Of a stretch of DNA of 64,000 bases, positions 50,329 to 57,926 are shown piece by piece. Origin of the DNA: Chloroflexota bacterium (GTDB taxonomy: Bacteria > Chloroflexota > Anaerolineae > Anaerolineales > JBFLVL01); the NCBI GenBank assembly GCA_040758495.1, contig JBFLVL010000001.1, positions 20,384-84,383 of the forward strand, written 5' to 3'. The notes under the pieces are model-generated. The model was given only the letters and a program-made list of their open reading frames with translations. It was not told the origin of the DNA and made no database searches. Every line of letters starts with the position of its first letter. Positions within the stretch are counted from its first letter, which is position 1. The translations under genes were made by a program, and so were the position numbers.

Positions 50329-51492
50329 TCAAGGACGTTTCTCAAGCGTAACAGGTATCTCCAAACGTCCGTTACCACGAAGAATGGTGAGGGTCACCCT
50401 GTCTCCTGGGCTGGTGTGATAGAGCAGATAGCTAAGCAAATCGCTGAAATCACGCGCCTCTTCACCATCAATAGCAATAATCAGATCACCGCCAGCCAGC
50501 AAACCAGGCCTGTCTGTAGATAGTGTACCGCCGCGCACCCCAGCAAGGGCTGCAGGACCACCGGGTGTTGCTTCCGCAACATAGACACCCGTAGACCGTG
50601 GCAGTCCAAGCAACTCTTGTTCATATAAACCCAAGCTGTCCATACTGGATATTCCCAAGTAGGGGTAATCGTATTTTCCCTCAGATATGAGAGACGGTAC
50701 CACCTGCTTTACCAGATTAACAGGGATGGCAAACCCTATACCTGCGCTCGTCGGTTGTCCCTCAACGTTGAAGTTCGTGGTGCGAATTGCACGGTTTACT
50801 CCGATTACCTCTCCGTTGAGGTTGAGCAGGGGACCCCCTGAGTTGCCAGGGTTTATTGCCGCGTCGGTTTGGATAAGGTCACCAGCGGTGAAATACTGCC
50901 CACCTGGAGATTCGTGCTCGGATTCCATCGTACGTCCCATAGCTGAAACTATGCCTATTGTCATGCTACCGTCAAGGCCAAAGGGGTTACCAATAGCTAC
51001 TACCATCTGCCCTACCTGTACCTGATCAGATTCGCCCAATATCAAGGGATATATTTCAGGTGGCAGTGTCTCCAGCTTGATTACTGCCAGATCAGAATCC
51101 GGGTCGGTACCTATCACCTCAGCCCGGGTTTTGTAACCAGAGGGGAAGTCTACCTCCAGGTATGTGGCGTCCTGTATAACGTGATAATTGGTTACGATGT
51201 GTCCTGCCCGGTCAAAAACAAAACCGGAGCCCAAACCTTCTTGAGCCCCTAACACCCGGATAGCAACCACTCCCGGGTTGACCTCCTTATACAGTTGGAC
51301 AAGCTGATCTTGCAAACCTACCAGGTCCGGGGCAATGGGAGGGGGTGCTGCTACAGGTGAAGTTGTAGTCAGGGTCGGGGAAAGTGATGGTGGGTTTGAC
51401 CCAGGAAAGACATCTGTTAACTCACAAGCTAATATGCTTAAGGTAATTACACCTACCAGTAAAACAAAACGGACAGAGAAAAATTTCCGCAT
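50329..51492 (-). CDS. htrA: HtrA/DegP-family serine protease with PDZ domain
   Basis: Signal/TM N-terminus, TNYHV (His), DLAVIK (Asp), GNSGGPLLN (Ser) and a C-terminal PDZ domain. The ATG at 51492 has GGAGG 6 nt upstream. Confidence 0.9.
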   Translation of the reverse strand: MRKFFSVRFVLLVGVITLSILACELTDVFPGSNPPSLSPTLTTTSPVAAPPPIAPDLVGLQDQLVQLYKEVNPGVVAIRVLGAQEGLGSGFVFDRAGHIVTNYHVIQDATYLEVDFPSGYKTRAEVIGTDPDSDLAVIKLETLPPEIYPLILGESDQVQVGQMVVAIGNPFGLDGSMTIGIVSAMGRTMESEHESPGGQYFTAGDLIQTDAAINPGNSGGPLLNLNGEVIGVNRAIRTTNFNVEGQPTSAGIGFAIPVNLVKQVVPSLISEGKYDYPYLGISSMDSLGLYEQELLGLPRSTGVYVAEATPGGPAALAGVRGGTLSTDRPGLLAGGDLIIAIDGEEARDFSDLLSYLLYHTSPGDRVTLTILRGNGRLEIPVTLEKRP

Positions 51493-51540
51493 TCTCGCCT
51501 CCAAACGATGAATTGTTAAATAGCCTGATCTTACCGTTCA

Positions 51541-52473
51541 TTAACTACTCAACCGGGCAAGTTGCTCGAACAACTGACGTTGTTTGGAGTTCAGCTTGAT
51601 CGGTATATCAACTTTTGTGCACACGTACAGGTCACCCCGTTTGTTAGGATTACTTAAGAGCGGCATACCACGTCCTCTCATGCGGAAGGTCTGGTTGGGT
51701 TGAGTTCCAGCAGGTATGGTGAGGATGAGATCGCCTTCCAGAGTGGGTACTCGAACTTCACCCCCAAGTACAGCCGTATAGAGGTTGATCTGGATGTCCG
51801 TATAGAGGTCATCTTGACGACGGTCAAAGTTTGGTTCCGGTTGAACCTGGACGACAAGAAAAAGGTCACTGGGTTTACCGTTAACTTGTCTTGGGCCTGC
51901 GCCGGACATGCGAACTTTTGTGCCTGTTCGAGCCCCTGCAGGAATTTTTACCTCCAGACGTCTACCATTAAATTGTACCTGACGAGTGGCACCGTAAAGC
52001 GCTTCTTTTAAACTGATAGTCACCGGCTGCTCGTAGATATGTTGTGGCCGTGGACGTTCTCGTTGGGTAAATGGACCCTGACCTGTACCTCCAGGCATAC
52101 CACCAAATATGCGATAGAAAAAGTCAGAAAAACCGCCTTGTAGCAGATCCTCCAGATCACCCATCTCAAAGTGGACTCCGCCAGTTGGGGATGCGGTAAA
52201 CCACTCGCCCCAATTGAAGCTCTCCGGTCTACCACCCATTCTCTGCCAACGCTCGTAAGATGTCCCTAACTGATCGAAACGTGCTCGTTTCTCTGGGTCT
52301 CCCAAGACCTGGTAGGCTTCGTTGATTTCTTTGAACTTCTCTTCTGCTTGTTTATTGCCCGGGTTACGGTCGGGGTGATACTTGAGCGCCAGTTTCCGGT
52401 AGGCACGTTTGATGGCATCTTGCTCTGTCTTACGGTCCACACCGAGTATCTTGTAATAATCCTTGTATTCCAT
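51541..52473 (-). CDS. J-domain co-chaperone without zinc finger (CbpA/DnaJ class II-like)
   Basis: DYYKILGV...YRKLALKYHPDRNP J-domain with HPD, then a C-terminal substrate-binding beta-domain. There is no CxxCxGxG repeat. Confidence 0.88.
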   Translation of the reverse strand: MEYKDYYKILGVDRKTEQDAIKRAYRKLALKYHPDRNPGNKQAEEKFKEINEAYQVLGDPEKRARFDQLGTSYERWQRMGGRPESFNWGEWFTASPTGGVHFEMGDLEDLLQGGFSDFFYRIFGGMPGGTGQGPFTQRERPRPQHIYEQPVTISLKEALYGATRQVQFNGRRLEVKIPAGARTGTKVRMSGAGPRQVNGKPSDLFLVVQVQPEPNFDRRQDDLYTDIQINLYTAVLGGEVRVPTLEGDLILTIPAGTQPNQTFRMRGRGMPLLSNPNKRGDLYVCTKVDIPIKLNSKQRQLFEQLARLSS

Positions 52474-52585
52474 ACCTTTACTCTTAAATCATCTTTGGCA
52501 ACTTGATTGTATGTCGGCTGGGTTAATAAAGCAAGAGCCGACCGGTAACTCTAACACAACTCTAATTTTTTGCTCATCAACGGAA

Positions 52586-52637
52586 CATTATTTGTTTATA
52601 ACTATTTATAATTTATAACATTTAGTAGTATTAGTAG
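52586..52637. repeat. AT-rich block with three TTTATAA heptamers (candidate DNA-unwinding element)
   Basis: TTTATAA occurs at 52595, 52605 and 52612, within ~50 bp of almost pure A/T, followed by TAGTAGTATTAGTAGG. Confidence 0.35.
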
Positions 52638-52888
52638 GAGTTGGGGATATGTGGAGAGATATGAGTTGTCATTGTTGGGTCCCCATATATAAGGGAGAAC
52701 ATAGGTATAGAGGATAGATATAGGGGATTTTGTGTCCTAATTACTCCCCAGTTTGGTTGTGGATGATAGTGGAAAGAAATAAATGTGCATCAAGTGCTTT
52801 GGCACAAAAACGCATATGTTGGAGAGTCTAATAGATTGCCACCATATCTGGGGGTTAGCCGAGGCGGTAAGTCGTGAACATATTCCAC

Positions 52889-52940
52889 GGATTTCCCCAA
52901 AAAAGTGTGGCTTTCCCCGGTTTTTCTCAGGTTATCCCCA
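52889..52940 (+). repeat. three same-orientation GGnTWTCCCC repeats at ~20-21 bp spacing (DnaA-box-like / iteron-like)
   Basis: GGATTTCCCC (52889), GGCTTTCCCC (52909), GGTTATCCCC (52930). The third contains TTATCCCCA, one mismatch from TTATCCACA. Confidence 0.35.
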
Positions 52941-53212
52941 GGTTCTACCTTGTACTTTTAGTAACGGGTAGAGTTAATTGGTCGGTTGGTGTATCCTTGT
53001 TTATCTGTTGATTGAGGGTAAAATCTCAAAGTTGTGCCCAGGACTATTGGGGACAATCCGTGGTCGAGGACTTGGCGGTTTTACTCGCTAATTCAACAAG
53101 AGAGTATTGAGTTCAAGTTGACGTCCTCGTCGGGGGTGACTCCGATAAGAGCGTGATTGTATATTGAGGATTAAACGGTAAATCCATTTTGCGTAGAAAT
53201 GATGAGGTGAAC

Positions 53213-54493
53213 ATGAGCCTAGAATCAAGCAGGGCGCATTTCTGGGAAGCGTATGTTTCGCGGGTTAGGTTGTTCCGCCCTAACGCCAGGTTATATTTGC
53301 TCAACGTAGTGATCACTGGCGTGACGATGGGCATTTTCCGCTTGTTGTTTAACTTCTATGTGCTCAGCCTGGGTTTTGATGAGGCCATGCTGGGAATGTT
53401 AATTACCACCAGTAGTTTTACTGCCCTGATTGCGGCTCTGCCATCCGGTTACCTTGCAGATATTTTGGGGCGTAAAGCATCCCTGATCGTGGGGGCTGCG
53501 TTGATCAGCACCTCTGTCTTGGGAATGGTCGTGTGGCCGAAAGAAGCTGTTTTTTATGCCATGAACGTACTGTCTGGACTGGGACAGAGCCTTTGGTCAG
53601 TCACAATGGGTCCCTTTTTGATGGAGAACAGTGGCGAGGAAGAACGAACCTATCTGTTCAGTTTTAGCCAGGGATTACAGATGGCTTCTGCTTTTGTGGG
53701 GAACTGGCTCGGTGGTTACCTGCCAACCTGGACAGCTCGTGGATTAGACGTAGGAGCGACCAGCAGTACGGCTTATGGTTGGTCACTGGTTGTTGTAGGT
53801 ATTATTTTTGCTCTGGGCATTATCCCGTTAATTTTTATCCGCATTCTACACCTTAGACGTGAAGAGCAGTCGGTGTTTGCACCCCTGACGTACGCGGCAA
53901 ATAACCCCAGACTTCTTACCAAGCTTATTTTCCCCCTATTGATTACATCCATCGGTGCTGGCCTGATCATGCCCTTTATGAATATATTTTTTCGCGGGGT
54001 TCACCATCAACCTGATCCGGTGATTGGCTCTTTGTTTGCCTGGGGCTCCTTAGCCATGGGCATTGGATTGCTCACGGCCCCTCCTTTAGCCGAAAGCCTG
54101 GGGAAAATCCAACTTGTGGTGATCACTCAGACGCTTTCCATACCTTTTCTTATATTACTTGGGTTTGCTCCCTGGTTCTGGGTGGGTGCTTTGGCCTATT
54201 ATGTACGTCTAGCTTTGATGAACATGAGCAGCCCGGTTTATCAAACGTTTGTCATGGAACGCGTGGAACCATCAGCGCGGGCAACGGTTGCCAGCTTGGT
54301 AAGCATGTCCTGGAATTTTGGTTGGGCGTTCAGTCCTACCATAAGCGGATGGCTGCAAGTTCGCTATGGTTTCGGTCCACCTTTCATGGGAACGATTACT
54401 TTATACTCCCTAGCCATCGTCTTGTACTGGGTATTCTTCTTGAGAGGGCGAAATAAAACAGGATTGGTAACTACAGAAGGTGAAGGGGCATAG
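53213..54493 (+). CDS. MFS transporter
   Basis: About 12 TM segments. The loop 2-3 motif GYLADILGRK matches the MFS signature. The ATG at 53213 has GAGGTG upstream. The ORF-track start is TTG 53189. Confidence 0.85.
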   Translation: MSLESSRAHFWEAYVSRVRLFRPNARLYLLNVVITGVTMGIFRLLFNFYVLSLGFDEAMLGMLITTSSFTALIAALPSGYLADILGRKASLIVGAALISTSVLGMVVWPKEAVFYAMNVLSGLGQSLWSVTMGPFLMENSGEEERTYLFSFSQGLQMASAFVGNWLGGYLPTWTARGLDVGATSSTAYGWSLVVVGIIFALGIIPLIFIRILHLRREEQSVFAPLTYAANNPRLLTKLIFPLLITSIGAGLIMPFMNIFFRGVHHQPDPVIGSLFAWGSLAMGIGLLTAPPLAESLGKIQLVVITQTLSIPFLILLGFAPWFWVGALAYYVRLALMNMSSPVYQTFVMERVEPSARATVASLVSMSWNFGWAFSPTISGWLQVRYGFGPPFMGTITLYSLAIVLYWVFFLRGRNKTGLVTTEGEGA

Positions 54494-54556
54494 ATTTTGG
54501 TTCAGGGAAGTTTGAATCATGCCTTCTACATAACCAACACCCCTTGATGTTATAAG

Positions 54557-54581
54557 GGCCTCCCGCTATGGCAGGGAGGCC
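54557..54581. terminator. stem-loop terminator between the MFS gene and tRNA-Leu
   Basis: GGCCTCCC-gctatggca-GGGAGGCC, followed by a T-rich tract (ttgtgctataatttt). Confidence 0.55.
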
Positions 54582-54605
54582 TTGTGCTATAATTTTCACA
54601 GCTTA

Positions 54606-54688
<83 letters not shown>

Positions 54689-54766
54689 TTGGTGAGCCTA
54701 AGTATATCGAAAGAGAGAACTGAGGTCAAGATTCATCCTTTGCAGCTCACTGGATCAAGGTGTTAG

Positions 54767-55834
54767 ATGAAACTGGGCATCATCGGTCTGCCTCAAAGCG
54801 GAAAGACCACCATATTCAATACGCTGACGCGCGGTAACCGCCCTACCACAATTAGCGGAGGACGTTTTAATGTTTATACTGCGGTTGTAGATGTTCCGGA
54901 TGGACGTATAGACCGTCTGAGGGGCATCTTCCGACCTCAAAAAGTGACCTATGCCAAAGTGACTTATGCGGACATCGCCGGGCTGGAGGGTGGAGCAGGA
55001 AGGGAGGGGATAACAGGTCTGTTGCTCAACCAGCTCGCGCAGATGGATGGGTTTGTACACATCGTACGCAGCTTTATTGATGAAAGAGTGCCACATCCAT
55101 CTGGGAGTGTGGACCCGCTGCGAGATATAGCGGCGATGGATACCGACCTGTTGATCAATGACTTGCTGACCATCGAACGCAGGCTGGAACGTTTAGATGA
55201 AGAGTGGAGGAAAGGGGCGCGGGATAAAAAAGTCATTGAAAGGGAGAAAGCTCTCTTCCAACGTTTGAACGAATCGCTTTCCAAGGAGGTGCCTTTAAGA
55301 GATATTCCCTTTTCCCTGGAGGAAGAAAAACTACTTTCTGGTTTTGGCCTGTTGACAAACAAGCCGGTCTTGATTGTGCTCAACCTTGGAGAAGGTCAGG
55401 AACCCCCGGATATGGAATACTCTCATGGACACAGCCAGGTAGTGGCGTTGCAAGGGAAACTAGAGATGGAAATCGTTCAACTTTCTCTCGAGGATGCAAA
55501 ATTGTTTATGGAGGAGTACGGCATTGAAGAGCTGGGTTTGAATCGAATAATCCGGCTTTCGTATGATTTACTTGGGCTGCAATCATTTTTCACTTATGAA
55601 TCCCAGGAGGTGCGTGCCTGGACAGTTCGGCGTGGGGCCACTGCTCCAGAAGCAGCGGGTGTTATCCATACAGATATGCAAACAGGTTTTATCCGCGCAG
55701 AGGTCATTTCCTTTGAGGAGCTAGTTGCTTTGGGAAGTATAAGCGAAGCACGTTCCAAAGGTAGGCTACGCCTGGAGGGAAAAGATTACGTTGTCCAGGA
55801 TGGGGATGTGATTACAATTCGTTTCAACGTTTGA
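54767..55834 (+). CDS. ychF: redox-regulated ATPase YchF (Obg-like GTPase family)
   Basis: MKLGIIGLPQSGKTTIFN G1 motif, DIAGL G3 motif and a C-terminal TGS-like domain (AWTVRRGATAPEAAGVIHTDMQTGFIRAEV). Confidence 0.92.
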   Translation: MKLGIIGLPQSGKTTIFNTLTRGNRPTTISGGRFNVYTAVVDVPDGRIDRLRGIFRPQKVTYAKVTYADIAGLEGGAGREGITGLLLNQLAQMDGFVHIVRSFIDERVPHPSGSVDPLRDIAAMDTDLLINDLLTIERRLERLDEEWRKGARDKKVIEREKALFQRLNESLSKEVPLRDIPFSLEEEKLLSGFGLLTNKPVLIVLNLGEGQEPPDMEYSHGHSQVVALQGKLEMEIVQLSLEDAKLFMEEYGIEELGLNRIIRLSYDLLGLQSFFTYESQEVRAWTVRRGATAPEAAGVIHTDMQTGFIRAEVISFEELVALGSISEARSKGRLRLEGKDYVVQDGDVITIRFNV

Positions 55835-55875
55835 TGTTTCATCTCTGGGTTATAATGTTCGCCGTGATTCGGTAG

Positions 55876-55910
55876 CCCGCTTTACATTCCAGTCTGCTTA
55901 AAGCAGCGGG
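55876..55910 (+). terminator. imperfect stem-loop after ychF
   Basis: CCCGCTTTA...TAAAGCaGCGGG, followed by ggtattatttcttatt. Confidence 0.4.
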
Positions 55911-55950
55911 GGTATTATTTCTTATTCTGTTCCCTTATCTGGAGGATGAC

Positions 55951-57735
55951 ATGCCCAAAACAGCCGAAACCTATAAGCAAACTCGATGGAGTTTAGATGA
56001 CCTCTTCCTTGGGGTGGATAGCCCGGAACTGCAAAGGACCTTTGAAAGCCTAGGTGCCAAAGCAGCAGATTTTGAAAAACATCGCGATGCTCTATCCGCA
56101 GATATCTCGAAAGATGCTTTCTTAGAAATCGTGCGCCAATTGGAAGAGATAACCAGGCTAATGTACCGATTACATGTTTATGCCGGACTATTGTTTTCTG
56201 AGGATACCCAGAATCAAGAAGCACAGACACTGGTCGCTCGTGTACAGCAGTTTGGTGCTGAGCTACAAAACCGAACGCTTTTCTTTGAGTTGTGGTGGAA
56301 AGCCCTCGACGATACCTCTGCAGAGCGTTTGATGGATGCTTCGGGAGATTATCGCTATTGGCTGGAGGAGATGCGGCATTTTAAACCGTATACCCTCACC
56401 GAGCCTGAGGAGAAAATCATCAACTTGAAGAACGTGACCGGCTTTGAGGCATTATCCACCCTGTACTCCTCTTTCACCAACAGGTATGTTTTCAAAATAG
56501 AAGTTAATGGAGAGGTCAAAGAATTGACACGCGGTGAATTGATGGTTTTTGCTCGCCACCATGACCCTGACCTGCGCGCCAAAGCTTACCAGGAGCTTTA
56601 TCGGGTGTATGGTGAGGACGGCTCGATTTTGGGGCAGATGTATCAGACATTGGTCCGGGATTGGCACACAGAAAACGTCAACCTGCGCCACTTTTCCAGT
56701 CCTTTGGCTGTCCGAAACCTGATGAATGATATTCCCGATGAGGTAGTTGATACACTGTTGGATGTATGTGAGAAGAATGCCCATCTTTTTCAGCGCTTCT
56801 TTCAACTGAAAGCTCGTTGGCTGAAAACCGACCGACTGCGACGATACGACATATATGCACCCGTGGTTCAAGCGGAAAAAACCTACAGTTTTGGCGAAGC
56901 AGCACATATAGTTCTGGACTCCTTTGAGGGATTCGAACCCAAGGTGTCCGAGCTGGCTCGCCGTGTGTTCACCGATGGACATCTGGATAGCGAAGTACGG
57001 AAGGGTAAACGTTCTGGGGCTTTCTGCTGGGCTGCTGTTCCTGAGCTGACCCCATGGGTATTGCTGAATTATCAGGGTCGTCCTGAAGATGTAGCCACTA
57101 TGGCACACGAGCTTGGGCATGCAATCCACTCGATGCTAGCTGCAGATCACAGTGTGTTTACCTTTCACTCATCCTTACCCCTGGCGGAAACTGCCTCCAC
57201 ATTTGGTGAGATGATATTGGTGGAGCGTCTCTTGGCAGAGGAAGAAGATGAAGCCGTGCGCCGGGATTTGCTCTTCCGTCAGGTGGATGAATCTTATGGT
57301 ACCATCATGCGGCAGGCATTCTTTGCTCTGTTCGAACGTAAGGCTCACGATATGGTAAAAGGAGGGGCATCGGTGGATGAATTATCAGAGGCATATATAC
57401 AAAATTTGAACCACCAATTTAAGGATGCGGTAGAGGTCAGCGATGAGTTCAAATGGGAATGGGTTTCTATCCCCCATATTTATCATACTCCCTTCTATGT
57501 GTACGCCTACGCCTTCGGGCAGTTGTTGGTACTTTCTCTTTATCAACAGTACAAAGAAGAGGGAGAGAGCTTTAAACCGCGTTATTTAAAAATTCTAGAA
57601 TCAGGTGGCTCAGAGGCACCAATCCAAGTGTTGTCCGAAGCTGGGATAGAAATTCGCCCCCCCAAGTTCTGGCAGGGTGGTTTTAATGTTATCGGTGACA
57701 TGATCTCTCAGCTCGAAGGCATTCCTAAAGTATAA
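55951..57735 (+). CDS. pepF: oligoendopeptidase F family (M3B metallopeptidase)
   Basis: HELGHAIH zinc motif, ~594 aa, M3B-type layout. GGAGG Shine-Dalgarno sequence upstream. Confidence 0.9.
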   Translation: MPKTAETYKQTRWSLDDLFLGVDSPELQRTFESLGAKAADFEKHRDALSADISKDAFLEIVRQLEEITRLMYRLHVYAGLLFSEDTQNQEAQTLVARVQQFGAELQNRTLFFELWWKALDDTSAERLMDASGDYRYWLEEMRHFKPYTLTEPEEKIINLKNVTGFEALSTLYSSFTNRYVFKIEVNGEVKELTRGELMVFARHHDPDLRAKAYQELYRVYGEDGSILGQMYQTLVRDWHTENVNLRHFSSPLAVRNLMNDIPDEVVDTLLDVCEKNAHLFQRFFQLKARWLKTDRLRRYDIYAPVVQAEKTYSFGEAAHIVLDSFEGFEPKVSELARRVFTDGHLDSEVRKGKRSGAFCWAAVPELTPWVLLNYQGRPEDVATMAHELGHAIHSMLAADHSVFTFHSSLPLAETASTFGEMILVERLLAEEEDEAVRRDLLFRQVDESYGTIMRQAFFALFERKAHDMVKGGASVDELSEAYIQNLNHQFKDAVEVSDEFKWEWVSIPHIYHTPFYVYAYAFGQLLVLSLYQQYKEEGESFKPRYLKILESGGSEAPIQVLSEAGIEIRPPKFWQGGFNVIGDMISQLEGIPKV

Positions 57736-57771
57736 AACCTGCGTTAATTTGGAAAACGTTTGTGTTTAAAG

Positions 57772-57806
57772 ACCCCAAGGTGGTTGGTAAGAACCTTGGG
57801 GTTTTT
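57772..57806 (+). terminator. rho-independent terminator after pepF
   Basis: ACCCCAAGG-13 nt loop-CCTTGGGGT (9 bp perfect), followed by TTTT. Confidence 0.8.
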
Positions 57807-57926
57807 ACATCTTGGAATTTCCTCCGGGTGATGTGTGGCCTCATTTTGGCCAGGAGGTAAGGAGGGCATATGACCGATTTGACTTTTGTTGACAGCCCCT
57901 GATGGAGCAATTACAATCCTCGCGCC

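Noticed and set aside
52513-52542. 7-bp inverted repeat GTCGGCT…AGCCGAC, 40 nt upstream of the J-protein gene, considered as a heat-shock operator
   Set aside because: It does not match CIRCE (TTAGCACTC-N9-GAGTGCTAA) or HAIR-type elements. The 16-nt loop and short stem are weak. It is noted as a possible 5'-UTR structure but not called.
52783-52971. 62-aa plus-strand ORF in the long intergenic region
   Set aside because: It has no Shine-Dalgarno sequence and no recognisable fold, and it spans the phased GGnTWTCCCC repeats. I treat it as non-coding, although a small protein cannot be excluded without conservation data.
56452-57129. 225-aa minus-strand ORF
   Set aside because: It is antisense inside pepF, which has the HExxH motif and a full-length M3B layout. 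I treat it as a shadow frame.
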